This document shows positions 26,656-37,016 of a stretch of 64,000 nucleotides of DNA, in pieces. The stretch spans positions 513,332 through 577,331 of the forward strand of contig JAHJTE010000001.1 in the NCBI GenBank assembly GCA_018830005.1. The letters run 5' to 3'. This DNA is from Candidatus Omnitrophota bacterium. GTDB taxonomy: Bacteria; Omnitrophota; Gorgyraeia; JAHJTE01. The notes under the pieces are model-generated. The model did no database searches. It had not been told where the DNA came from and saw nothing but the letters and a program-made list of their open reading frames with translations. Within the stretch, counting starts at the first letter, position 1, and the number at the start of each line of letters is the position of its first letter. A program made the position numbers and the translations under genes.

Positions 26656-27617
26656 AGATAAGACTTGTTTTTCAGATAGCCGACATAATCCTTGACTGCC
26701 TGCTCAAGGCTCATAAATCTGCAGTCAAAACCACTTCTTTTTAGCTTTCCAGTCTCAGCCTGAGTGAAATATTGATATTTATCACGCAGGTCTTGCGGCA
26801 TTTCTATGTATTCAATACTAGCGTCTATGTTTAGGGCTTTGAATAAGGCCTGCGCAAGATCATTCCAGGTTCGCGCAGTTCCTGTCCCGATGTTAAAGAT
26901 ACCGCCAATATTAGGATTATCCCAGAAAAAAAGCGTAGCCCGCACAGCATCTTTAACATAGATAAAATCTCTTTTCTGCTGCCCATCCTTATATTCTTCT
27001 TTGTATGATTTAAACAAACGCATCTTTTTTTCTTTGACTACCTTATCAAATGACTTACAGATTAAGCTCATCATATCAGCCTTGTGGTATTCATTAGGAC
27101 CGAAGACATTAAAATATTTTAATCCTATGATCCTTTTTGCTAGACCTTTATTAAGCACCCAGAGATCAAAAAGGTGTTTGGAGAGTCCATATAGGTTAAG
27201 TGGTTTTAATTTTAGCGTTGCTTGATCTAGATCTGAAAAACCAGATAAGCCATCTCCATAGGTAGCCCCGGAACTTGCATAGATAAAACGTATATTTTTG
27301 TCAACTGCATACTCAGCCATAGATTTAGAATATTCGAAATTATTTTTCATAAAATAATCCTTATCATCAAGCGTAGTCGAGCTGCAGGCCCCTATATGAA
27401 AGATTACATCGATATTTGATTCGAGTTTATCTTTCCTGATAAGCTCAAGAAATGTATCTTTATCAAAGAAGGATGAAAACTTCTTATTGGCTAGATTTGG
27501 AAAGTCGCGGGACTTTTCCAGCTCATCCACTACGATTATATCCGTATAGCCTCTTTTGTTTAATTCAGAGAGGATGCAGCTTCCGATAAAACCCGCCCCA
27601 CCAGTTAGGACAATCAT
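26652..27617 (-). CDS. hldD: ADP-L-glycero-D-manno-heptose 6-epimerase
   Basis: The N-terminus is MIVLTGGAGFIGSCILSELNKRG. SDR extended-family motifs and DFIYVKDAV are present. Start is chosen at ATG 27617. The track's 70-aa N-terminal extension has no support. Confidence 0.8.
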   Translation of the reverse strand: MIVLTGGAGFIGSCILSELNKRGYTDIIVVDELEKSRDFPNLANKKFSSFFDKDTFLELIRKDKLESNIDVIFHIGACSSTTLDDKDYFMKNNFEYSKSMAEYAVDKNIRFIYASSGATYGDGLSGFSDLDQATLKLKPLNLYGLSKHLFDLWVLNKGLAKRIIGLKYFNVFGPNEYHKADMMSLICKSFDKVVKEKKMRLFKSYKEEYKDGQQKRDFIYVKDAVRATLFFWDNPNIGGIFNIGTGTARTWNDLAQALFKALNIDASIEYIEMPQDLRDKYQYFTQAETGKLKRSGFDCRFMSLEQAVKDYVGYLKNKSYL

Positions 27618-27738
27618 TTTCTTATTCCTTTTGTTTTTAAGTTTTCTTATTGTAACACGCACAAGAGGTTGTGTCAATTTTTGCCATACTTTTATGCTTG
27701 CGGTTTTAATAAATAGTGCTAAAATGAAAAAATAGAGA

Positions 27739-28107
27739 ATGAAAACAATGAGCGAGATAAGAGTTCTTATAGTTGATGATGAAAAGGATTTTTGCCTGAG
27801 TTTTAAGGATTTTTTAAAGAGCAAGGCAATTACCGCTGATGTTGCCTTTGATGGTGATTCTGCCAGGCATTTAATTGAGTCTAATACTTATAGTATTATA
27901 TTTTTTGACTATAATATGCCCGGTATAACCGGTATTGACCTGCCAAAGATTATTAAGGAACATAGCCCAGATGCTAAGAAGATTCTTGTTACTGGCTATG
28001 ATCTGGTTGACGCGAAGCTAAAAGAACTCTTAGGACTAGATGCCCTACTAAGAAAACCTGTAAAATTGGCAGATCTTTACAGGTTTATCGAAGCGGAAAA
28101 GGCCTGA
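27739..28107 (+). CDS. Stand-alone response-regulator receiver (CheY-like) protein
   Basis: Motifs: VLIVDDE...IIFFDYNMPGITG...LRKP. Confidence 0.75.
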   Translation: MKTMSEIRVLIVDDEKDFCLSFKDFLKSKAITADVAFDGDSARHLIESNTYSIIFFDYNMPGITGIDLPKIIKEHSPDAKKILVTGYDLVDAKLKELLGLDALLRKPVKLADLYRFIEAEKA

Positions 28108-28224
28108 AAAATAGATTTTTAGCATATAATCAGACAATCTAGCTGGGTTGCCTGATTTTGTTTTATGTGCTATAATAAAAGTTCGAAAATTAGGGGTAAT
28201 AATTTCTTTATAAAGGATAATATT

Positions 28225-29703
28225 ATGTGGAATAAGGCAAGTTTAAAGAAGCTGATACAAGAGCGCATGAGCGACTATAAATTTATAGTCGTATCCAATA
28301 GGCAGCCTTACGTTCACACGTTCAAAAAGGGAAAGATTGAGTGTATACGGGGTGCAGGCGGCGTTGTTACAGCCCTGGACCCTGTAATGCAGGCCTGTCA
28401 TGGCAGCTGGGTAGCTTTTGGAAACGGAGATGCTGATAAAAAGGTTGCTGATAGTCACAGTAAACTAAAGGTGCCTGAGGATAACCATGCCTATACCTTA
28501 AAGCGGGTATGGCTGACTAAGGAAGAGGTAGACGGCTACTATTACGGCTACTCTAATACAGCTATCTGGCCCCTTTGTCATATGGCATTTCAACGGCCTA
28601 GATTTAAGCATGAGGACTGGGAGTATTACAAAAATGTAAATAAGAAATTCGCAGAGGCTGTCTTAGAAGAAGTAGGAAAGGATAAGGCATTTATCTTTAT
28701 ACAGGATTATCATCTAGCCTTATTGCCTAAGATTTTAAAAGAGAAGGCTAAGTCACAGATAATTGTAGCTCATTTTTGGCATATTCCCTGGCCAAATTAT
28801 GAGACATTTAGGATATGTCCTCAAGGTGCTGAAATCTTGAAGGGATTACTCGCCAATGATCTTTTGGGTTTTCACATTCGTTATCACTGTGATAATTTCA
28901 TAGATTGTGTGGATAGGACAATCGAATGTAAGATTGACCGTGAGCGTTTTGCAATATCCAAAGCAAGGCATGAAGTGCTTGTTAGGCCTTATCCGATTAG
29001 CGTTGATTCTGAGGGCCTAAATCACACATCCAATTCTTCTCTTGTACAGACGGCAGTAGATAACCTGCGTGAGGAATACGCTCTTTCTGGTTACAAGGTA
29101 CTTCTTGGGATTGATCGCATTGATTACACCAAAGGTATTCCAGAAAGGTTGCTTGCAGTAGACCACTTACTAGATAAACACCCCCAGTTAAAGGAAAAGA
29201 TAATATTCTTACAAATGGGTGAGATTTCAAGAATTCATATCCCCCAGTACAAAGAATTAAATGATAGAATAAATGCGCTTGTAGAACAAATAAATTGGAG
29301 ACATTCTACAGAAAACTGGAAGCCGATTATTATGGTTCGTCGTCATTTATCATTTGCCGAATTGTTAGCTTTTTACAGGCTGGGAGATTTGTGCCTAGTT
29401 AGTTCTTTGCACGATGGTATGAATTTAGTCGCCAAGGAATTTGTCTGCTCAAGAACTGATTCAAGCGGCATGCTTGTTTTAAGCAAATTTACAGGTGCTG
29501 CCAGAGAGTTGCCAGATGCTATTTTAGTCAATCCTTATGACAGAGATGAATTTGCAGATAGTATGTTTAAGGCCTTAAATCTCTCAAAAAGAGAAGGCAC
29601 AAAAAGGATGAACAAAATGCGCAAAATAATTGAGCAGAATAATATATTTAGATGGGCCGGAAAAATCATATCCGAATTACTAAAATTTGAATTTGAGGAA
29701 TAG
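28225..29703 (+). CDS. otsA: Alpha,alpha-trehalose-phosphate synthase (GT20)
   Basis: Motifs: VVSNRQPY, IWPLCHM, IQDYHLALLP, a C-terminal GT-B fold. Confidence 0.85.
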   Translation: MWNKASLKKLIQERMSDYKFIVVSNRQPYVHTFKKGKIECIRGAGGVVTALDPVMQACHGSWVAFGNGDADKKVADSHSKLKVPEDNHAYTLKRVWLTKEEVDGYYYGYSNTAIWPLCHMAFQRPRFKHEDWEYYKNVNKKFAEAVLEEVGKDKAFIFIQDYHLALLPKILKEKAKSQIIVAHFWHIPWPNYETFRICPQGAEILKGLLANDLLGFHIRYHCDNFIDCVDRTIECKIDRERFAISKARHEVLVRPYPISVDSEGLNHTSNSSLVQTAVDNLREEYALSGYKVLLGIDRIDYTKGIPERLLAVDHLLDKHPQLKEKIIFLQMGEISRIHIPQYKELNDRINALVEQINWRHSTENWKPIIMVRRHLSFAELLAFYRLGDLCLVSSLHDGMNLVAKEFVCSRTDSSGMLVLSKFTGAARELPDAILVNPYDRDEFADSMFKALNLSKREGTKRMNKMRKIIEQNNIFRWAGKIISELLKFEFEE

Positions 29704-29705
29704 AG

Positions 29706-30497
29706 GTGAAGTATTTTTTTTCAGCCTGGAATCATTTCTTAGAAAGGGTAGCAAGAAGTAAACGCATATTTCTATTTCTTGATTATGACGGCACCTTGAC
29801 TCCTATTGTAAAAAGGCCAGAGCTTGCCAGGATAACGCCGCAACAAAGAAAACTCCTTGCCGCACTTTCCCAATTGAAGCGATATCAGTTAGCAATTATC
29901 TCAGGCAGGGCACTAGCTGATGTTAAAAAACTCGCAAGGTTAAAAAAAATCATATTTGCCGGCAATCACGGAATGGAATTATCCGGGCCAGGAATAAAAT
30001 TCTTACATAAAAAGGCACTTAGTCTAAATTCTATAATAAAGGGTATTTATAGGCAGCTTTCTAAAATTTGCAAAAGTTTCCCAGGAAGTATTGTTGAAAA
30101 TAAGGGTTTGACCTTATCTGTGCATTTTCGTGCTGTTAAAGGCAGAAGAAATATCAGGAATCTTTCTAAAGATGTAAGAAGGTTATTAAATAAAAAAGAA
30201 TATCAAGGAAAACTAAGACTCACACAAGGAAAGAAGGTCCTGGAGTTAAGACCCAAGGTTGACTGGAATAAAGGTAAGGCTGTTGAGCTGATTATGAAAA
30301 AAATGAGATTAAGTACTAAATCAAATTTAGCGGTTTATATTGGTGATGATACAACAGATGAAGATGCATTTCGGAATTTGCAGGCTAGGGGAATAACTAT
30401 TTTCGTGGGAAAACCCAAAAAAGACTCTTGCGCTAAATACTATCTTAGGAATACGCAGCAGGTTTATAGATTTTTGAATAGGTTAAAAGAAATCTAG
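29706..30497 (+). CDS. otsB: Trehalose-6-phosphate phosphatase (HAD family)
   Basis: It has the HAD motif I LFLDYDGTLTP and a C-terminal GDDTTDEDAF. Start codon is GTG. Confidence 0.8.
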   Translation: MKYFFSAWNHFLERVARSKRIFLFLDYDGTLTPIVKRPELARITPQQRKLLAALSQLKRYQLAIISGRALADVKKLARLKKIIFAGNHGMELSGPGIKFLHKKALSLNSIIKGIYRQLSKICKSFPGSIVENKGLTLSVHFRAVKGRRNIRNLSKDVRRLLNKKEYQGKLRLTQGKKVLELRPKVDWNKGKAVELIMKKMRLSTKSNLAVYIGDDTTDEDAFRNLQARGITIFVGKPKKDSCAKYYLRNTQQVYRFLNRLKEI

Positions 30498-30506
30498 GCG
30501 GTTATT

Positions 30507-31871
30507 ATGACACAAACTAAAGCCTCTATTATATCTCCGGAGATAAAGGAAATTTTGAGTTCTCCAGAAAAAAAAGAGAGGTTGTGTAAATTCTTTGATG
30601 ATATGCATCCTCACGATATCTATATTCTAGCACAGGGTCTTACTCCTGGTGAGATAGCAGAGATTGTTATGGCCTTGGGCATGCCAAAGGGCATAGAGTT
30701 TTTCCAGGAGTTTAAGATAAGGCGGCAGCGCCAGATCTTCCGCCAATTTCCAAAAGAGTGGATGGCAGATGTCTTAGAAGAAATGGCACCAGATGAACGC
30801 GCTGATTTTATAAAGGTTTTACCCCGGGAGAGGACAGAAGAGATTTTACCTTTGGTAGCCCAGGCGGAACGAAACGACATCAAAAAACTGCTTGCCTATG
30901 AGGAAGATACAGCCGGCTCTATACTTACAACCGAATACGCATCTTTACCCTTAGATATTACGGTAAAAGAGGCATTTGAACGAATAAAGTTACAGGCGTT
31001 TAATCGCGAGACTATCTATTATGTCTATGTTATTGATCAAGAGAGAAAACTCTTAGGCATCGTCTCTTTAAAGAATCTATTGGTTGCAGATTCTAATAGT
31101 AAGATTTCCGATGTGATGCATCCTCAGGTGATTACAGTTAATGTTAATGAGGATAAGGAGGTAGTGGCCAAGAGGTTATCTGACTATGATTTTTTGGCTA
31201 TTCCTGTTGTTGATAATGACAATAAGTTGGTTGGTATTGTTACTGTTGATGATGTTGTTGATGTTGTGGTGGAAGAGAACACAGAGGATATTTATAAATA
31301 CGGTGCTGCTGGTACTTACATAGACTATATGGGCTCTAATGCTGTACATATAGCTAAACAAAGGATAATGTGGTTACTCGTCTTGGTTGTTATGGGTTTT
31401 GTGTCTGCCTGGATAATGGAAAAATATACTTTGCAGTTGCAAAGCGTTATTGCCTTAGTGTTTTTCTTGCCGTTACTTAGCGGCTCAGGTGGTAACGCAG
31501 GCACGCAGTCATCAACCGTTATCATCAGAGGTCTTGCAACTGGGGAAGTAAGGATGAAAGATGTGTTGAAGGTCTTAAGAAAGGAATTAGTCACAGGAGT
31601 TTTTGTCGGACTTGCCATGGGAGTCTTGGCAGCATTCAGGGCTATCGTAATGAATAGAAGCCCGTTATTAGGATTAACCGTTGGCCTAGCAATGATTATT
31701 ACAGTTACTGTGGCGACAACATTAGGCGCAATGCTTCCTTTGGTTTTTAAAAAGTTGAAACTTGATCCTGCCTTAATGAGTGGCCCATTTATCGCGAGCA
31801 TTGTTGATATCATTACAATAATTGTATATTTACAAATCGCAACCGTTGTTTTTTCACTTTCCGGAGCCTAG
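30507..31871 (+). CDS. mgtE: Magnesium transporter MgtE
   Basis: It has an MgtE N-domain, tandem CBS domains and 5 TM helices with GNAGTQS. Confidence 0.85.
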   Translation: MTQTKASIISPEIKEILSSPEKKERLCKFFDDMHPHDIYILAQGLTPGEIAEIVMALGMPKGIEFFQEFKIRRQRQIFRQFPKEWMADVLEEMAPDERADFIKVLPRERTEEILPLVAQAERNDIKKLLAYEEDTAGSILTTEYASLPLDITVKEAFERIKLQAFNRETIYYVYVIDQERKLLGIVSLKNLLVADSNSKISDVMHPQVITVNVNEDKEVVAKRLSDYDFLAIPVVDNDNKLVGIVTVDDVVDVVVEENTEDIYKYGAAGTYIDYMGSNAVHIAKQRIMWLLVLVVMGFVSAWIMEKYTLQLQSVIALVFFLPLLSGSGGNAGTQSSTVIIRGLATGEVRMKDVLKVLRKELVTGVFVGLAMGVLAAFRAIVMNRSPLLGLTVGLAMIITVTVATTLGAMLPLVFKKLKLDPALMSGPFIASIVDIITIIVYLQIATVVFSLSGA

Positions 31872-31943
31872 GACTTCCTCAGGCATTTCCTATGGCCTAT
31901 TGTTTAAAAAATAGAATGTGTCTCTACCTTTCAGAGGTATAAA

Positions 31944-33347
31944 ATGCAGAAAACCAAAATTCCATTTTTTAGAACTTTCCAGGCAAAGGTTACGTTGGTT
32001 TTGATCCTTTCGTTATTTTTTGTTGCGAGCTTAAGCAATTTCCTTATCTACAAATCCGCCCATGATGCACAACTTGAGCAACTCAGGGAAAAGTTAAAGG
32101 TAATTGCACGGACTCTAGTTTTGGCTATTGATGTTGATTTGCTGCGTCGGGTCCCTCTAAACCCAGAGGGAATAAATAGTCCTGCCTTTAAGTCCATTGC
32201 CGAATTGCTGGCCAAGATTAAAGAGGCAAATCCACCTATCATCTACATCTATACTATGGTTAAGACAGAAAAAGAAGGTATCTGGAAGTTTGTTGTTGAT
32301 TCTGGTCCTTTTGATGCAGGGGATACAAAAGGAGAAATAACTTTCTATCCCGGAGATGAATATGACGCTGTTAGGTCTCTTGGAATTCTTAAGGCCTTTG
32401 ATGTTCCTTCTGCAGATAAGGAAATCAAAAGAGATGAAAGGGGATTTTTTCTTTCAGGTTATGCTCCTATTCGCAATAAGAACGGAGAAACCGTGGCTAT
32501 GTTAGGAGTAGACATTACTACGCAAGATGTTACTATACTTCAGAACATTGTTTATGAAAGTGGAATTTTTGTATCGATTTTAGGAGTGATTCTTTCTGTG
32601 TTTTTAGGGATGACAATATCAAGGAGAATCACTAGGCCTATTAATGAATTAGTAGAGGCAACTCATCGTATTGCCGAGGGAGATCTAGAGCATCAGGTAA
32701 AGGTTAGTGGTGCTGATGAAATAGCTGAATTAGCCTCGTCTTTTAACCAAATGGCAAGAAGCCTTTATGATTTAAGAAAGAAACTTCTTAACTATTTCTA
32801 TCGCGTAGCACAATCACTTGTACGTATATTAGAGGCGAAGGACCATTATACAAGAGGACATTCTGAAAGAGTGGCTGAATATTCAGAAAAGATTGCTCAT
32901 AAATTAGGAATCCCTAAGGAAAGAATAGAAATATTAAAAGAGGCAGCACTCTTTCATGATATAGGTAAAATTGGAATCCATGAGAATATATTAAACAAAA
33001 AGGGTAAGCTGACTGATGCGGAGTGGGAGATAATCCAAAGCCATCCTATAATAGGAGAGGATATAATAAAACCCATTTCTTTAACAGAAGAAATGATGGC
33101 AATAGTTAGAGGCCATCATGAGCGCTATGATGGAAAGGGCTATCCTGACAAAATAAGTGGAGATAGCATTAATCTCTTTGCTGCTATTGTCTCAGTGGCT
33201 GATGCCTATGATGCAATGATTTCACCCAGGGCATACAGAAGGGCCTTTAGCAAGCAAGAGACTATAGAGGAGCTTAAGAAAAATAGAGGCAGTCAATTTC
33301 AGCCTAAGGTCATTGATGTATTAATTCAGATACTAGAGAAAGACTAA
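31944..33347 (+). CDS. Membrane sensor with periplasmic domain, HAMP and HD-GYP domains (c-di-GMP phosphodiesterase-type)
   Basis: It has an N-terminal TM + periplasmic region, a second TM, HAMP (RPINELVEATHRIAEGDL) and HD-GYP motifs (HDIGKI...HHERYDGKGYPD). Confidence 0.75.
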   Translation: MQKTKIPFFRTFQAKVTLVLILSLFFVASLSNFLIYKSAHDAQLEQLREKLKVIARTLVLAIDVDLLRRVPLNPEGINSPAFKSIAELLAKIKEANPPIIYIYTMVKTEKEGIWKFVVDSGPFDAGDTKGEITFYPGDEYDAVRSLGILKAFDVPSADKEIKRDERGFFLSGYAPIRNKNGETVAMLGVDITTQDVTILQNIVYESGIFVSILGVILSVFLGMTISRRITRPINELVEATHRIAEGDLEHQVKVSGADEIAELASSFNQMARSLYDLRKKLLNYFYRVAQSLVRILEAKDHYTRGHSERVAEYSEKIAHKLGIPKERIEILKEAALFHDIGKIGIHENILNKKGKLTDAEWEIIQSHPIIGEDIIKPISLTEEMMAIVRGHHERYDGKGYPDKISGDSINLFAAIVSVADAYDAMISPRAYRRAFSKQETIEELKKNRGSQFQPKVIDVLIQILEKD

Positions 33348-33448
33348 AAGTTAAGGTATGAGTATATAGGCGCATGAAAGAGATTTCAATGTGCAAGGAC
33401 TTGAAATTAAGCATGCCAAGATTGGAAGTAGTTGAGCAGCAAAAAAAC

Positions 33449-33477
33449 TTGACAAAGATTTAGAGTTGTTGTATATT
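33449..33477 (+). promoter_or_regulatory. Near-consensus sigma70 promoter (TTGACA-17-TATATT)
   Basis: The hexamers and spacing were read directly from the sequence. Confidence 0.6.
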
Positions 33478-33483
33478 GTGACT

Positions 33484-33551
33484 ACAGTATTTAAAGGAGC
33501 AGGGAATGCATTAAGTGACAAAGATGTCCACGAAGGGGGCATCTTTTTTTT
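33484..33551 (+). ncRNA. Candidate small RNA / attenuator transcript. A ~65-nt unit lies between the promoter and an intrinsic terminator (GATGTCC-ACGAA-GGGGGCATC + T9)
   Basis: It is bounded by a promoter and a rho-independent terminator. It contains AAAGGAG + ATG CAT TAA (a 2-codon mini-ORF). Confidence 0.35.
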
Positions 33552-33557
33552 TAAGCT

Positions 33558-33668
33558 ATGGCTCAAGTTTCAGTTAAAATGCAAAAATTATTAAAGAAAA
33601 GACAAGGTTCATCCGGCGAATTGATTGAGGTCTTACAGGGTATTTACTATCTGCCAAAAGAGGCGTAA
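33558..33668 (+). CDS. Possible leader peptide (36 aa) upstream of gdhA. Its stop codon lies inside a GAGGCG/CGCCTC hairpin
   Basis: ATG 33558 ... TAA 33666. It has no clear RBS, so the call is weak. Confidence 0.2.
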   Translation: MAQVSVKMQKLLKKRQGSSGELIEVLQGIYYLPKEA

Positions 33669-33681
33669 GGGTCGCCTCTAA

Positions 33682-35064
<1,383 letters not shown>

Positions 35065-35099
35065 TTCTTTGTTTATTGAGGCAAAATAAAGATCTAAAC

Positions 35100-35128
35100 T
35101 TGACAAGTAAAGAATTTTGTGTTATATT
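35100..35128 (+). promoter_or_regulatory. Near-consensus sigma70 promoter (TTGACA-17-TATATT), same architecture as 33449
   Basis: The hexamers and spacing were read directly from the sequence. Confidence 0.55.
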
Positions 35129-35134
35129 TAACTT

Positions 35135-35198
35135 TAGATAAGTGGCACAAAGTATGTGCTGGAAATTAACAAAGGCGTTCGAAAGAACGTCTTTTTTT
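35135..35198 (+). ncRNA. Candidate small RNA / leader. A short hairpin (GCACA/TGTGC) is followed by the terminator hairpin GGCGTTC-GAAA-GAACGTC + T7
   Basis: It is a promoter + ~60 nt + intrinsic terminator unit. Confidence 0.35.
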
Positions 35199-35236
35199 GT
35201 GTTTTTTAATTCAAAGAAGAATCCTTCCAGATAATG

Positions 35237-35265
35237 ACGTCTTCTTAAGCAGGAAGACGTTTTTA
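35237..35265 (+). terminator. Terminator-like hairpin ACGTCTTC-N8-GAAGACGT + T5
   Basis: A perfect 8-bp stem and a T-run sit in the gdhA / gltB-like intergenic region. Confidence 0.5.
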
Positions 35266-35278
35266 TTTGTAGGACAAA

Positions 35279-35319
35279 GGTGTTCTAATGCTCTCATAAG
35301 GAGTAAGAACGCCTTTTTT
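35279..35319 (+). terminator. Terminator-like hairpin GGTGTTCT-N19-AGAACGCC + T6
   Basis: An 8-bp stem (one G-U pair) and a T-run sit immediately upstream of the gltB-like RBS. Confidence 0.45.
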
Positions 35320-35357
35320 ATTTTATGAGAATCGTTTGTTAAAACAGGAGGTTATAG

Positions 35358-36947
35358 ATGAATTTAGGACGTCCAAATGCAAATGATGTTACCCAGACTG
35401 CTAATAGATCACGTAATGTTGTTCCAAGTTCAGGCATATGCACACGTTGTATTGACGGTTGCCGGGGTAACTGTGAGGTTTTTAAGGCAAGCTTTAGAAG
35501 CCGGGAAGTTCTTTATCCTGGTCCCTTTGGTGAAATTAGTGCTGGAGGTGACAAGAATTACCCGGTTGACTACTCTCATTTAAATATTTTAGGTTACGCC
35601 ATGGGAGCAGAGGGATTGCCTTCTGGAGTAAGGCCCTCACCAGATACTGCTATTTTTCCTAACGTAGATACTGAGACTGAGTATGGCTCCAATAGCAAGG
35701 TAAAGATGAGAATGCCTGCTTTTACTGGAGCGCTCGGCTCAACTGAGATTGCCAGAAAGAACTGGGAGCATTTTGCTATTGGCGCAGCTATTTCCGGCAT
35801 TACTTTGGTCTGCGGAGAGAATGTCTGCGGTATTGATCCAGAATTAGAGCTTGATTCTAAAGGCAAAATAAAGAAGGCTCCGGACATGGACAGGCGTATT
35901 CAGACCTACCGAAAATTCCATGAGGGCTATGGTGAGATTTTAGTCCAAATGAATGTAGAAGATACCCGTTTAGGTGTTGCCGAATATGTTAGAAAGAAAC
36001 ACAACTTGAAAACTATCGAGCTTAAGTGGGGCCAGGGAGCAAAATGTATTGGCGGAGAAATTAAGGTCAGGCCTTTAGAAAGAGCCTTGGAGCTTCAAAG
36101 GCGCGGTTACATAGTTACTCCTAACCCTTCACTTAGGGCAGTGCAGAAGGCCTATAAGGCAGGGGCAATAAAGGAGTTTGAGCGTCATTCTCGTTTAGGA
36201 TTTGTAACCGAGAAAGATTTTAAGCTTGAGATTAAGCGTCTAAGAGAGTTAGGCTTTGAGCGTATTACCCTAAAGACCGGGGCATATCCTATGCGAGAGT
36301 TGGCTATGGCTATTAAGTTTAGTTCTCTGGCTGAGATTGACCTTTTGACAATTGATGGTGCTTCAGGCGGAACAGGTATGAGCCCTTGGAGAATGATGGA
36401 AGAATGGGGCATACCTACATTCTATCTGCAGTCAATGACCTATGAGATTTGTCAGAAGCTAGATAAGAAAGGGATACGCATTCCAGATATTGCTATTGCT
36501 GGTGGTTTCTCAACCGAGGACCATATATTTAAGGTATTAGCAATGGGTGCTCCTTATGTAAAGGCAGTGTGCATGGGAAGGGCTTATATGATTCCAGGTA
36601 TGGTCGGTAAAAATATTGGTTACTGGATTGAAGGCAAAGACCTGCCGAATACTGTCTCTTGCTATGGGAAAAAGCCCGAAGAGATATTTGTCTGTTACGA
36701 AGAGCTTGAGGAGAAATATGGCAAAAGAATGAAAGAGATACCACTGGGTGCAATGGGAATCTATAGCTTTAGCCAGAAGCTCAAAGTTGGACTTCAGCAG
36801 TTAATGGCCGGAAGCAGAAACTTTAAGCTCTCTACTATCTCTAGGAAGGATATAGTCTCTTTAACTGAAGAAGCAGCCAAGGTTTCGGGCATTCCATATG
36901 TAATGGATGCCTACAGAGAGGAAGCAGAAAAGATTATAAGCTCTTAA
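35358..36947 (+). CDS. Glutamate synthase large-subunit domain-2-like FMN-binding protein (archaeal-type GltB homolog) with N-terminal Cys cluster
   Basis: It has an N-terminal CTRCIDGCRGNC cluster and a GltS FMN/TIM-barrel-like core (LTIDGASGGTGMSPW, IAIAGGFSTEDHIFKVLAMGA). Confidence 0.7.
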   Translation: MNLGRPNANDVTQTANRSRNVVPSSGICTRCIDGCRGNCEVFKASFRSREVLYPGPFGEISAGGDKNYPVDYSHLNILGYAMGAEGLPSGVRPSPDTAIFPNVDTETEYGSNSKVKMRMPAFTGALGSTEIARKNWEHFAIGAAISGITLVCGENVCGIDPELELDSKGKIKKAPDMDRRIQTYRKFHEGYGEILVQMNVEDTRLGVAEYVRKKHNLKTIELKWGQGAKCIGGEIKVRPLERALELQRRGYIVTPNPSLRAVQKAYKAGAIKEFERHSRLGFVTEKDFKLEIKRLRELGFERITLKTGAYPMRELAMAIKFSSLAEIDLLTIDGASGGTGMSPWRMMEEWGIPTFYLQSMTYEICQKLDKKGIRIPDIAIAGGFSTEDHIFKVLAMGAPYVKAVCMGRAYMIPGMVGKNIGYWIEGKDLPNTVSCYGKKPEEIFVCYEELEEKYGKRMKEIPLGAMGIYSFSQKLKVGLQQLMAGSRNFKLSTISRKDIVSLTEEAAKVSGIPYVMDAYREEAEKIISS

Positions 36948-37016
36948 AAAAGTTTGTAGGTAGAGTAGAAAGCTAAAAAAGAAGGGGATAGGTTAATATT
37001 GCCTATCCCCTTTTCT

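Noticed and set aside
27618-27824. 70-aa N-terminal extension of hldD suggested by the ORF track
   Set aside because: HldD proteins begin at the GxxGxxG Rossmann motif (MIVLTGGAGFIG). The extension is antisense to the promoter region of the following response-regulator gene.
31176-31813. Minus-strand ORFs 31176..31361 and 31325..31813 inside mgtE
   Set aside because: They are antisense shadow ORFs of the MgtE TM region.
33351-33566. Minus-strand 71-aa ORF in the HD-GYP / gdhA intergenic region
   Set aside because: It overlaps the plus-strand promoter and terminator structures and has no RBS. The region is better explained as a regulatory or sRNA unit.
35377-35583. 68-aa plus-strand ORF overlapping the 5' end of the GltB-like gene in another frame
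   Set aside because: It lies out of frame inside a well-supported CDS. It is a spurious ORF.
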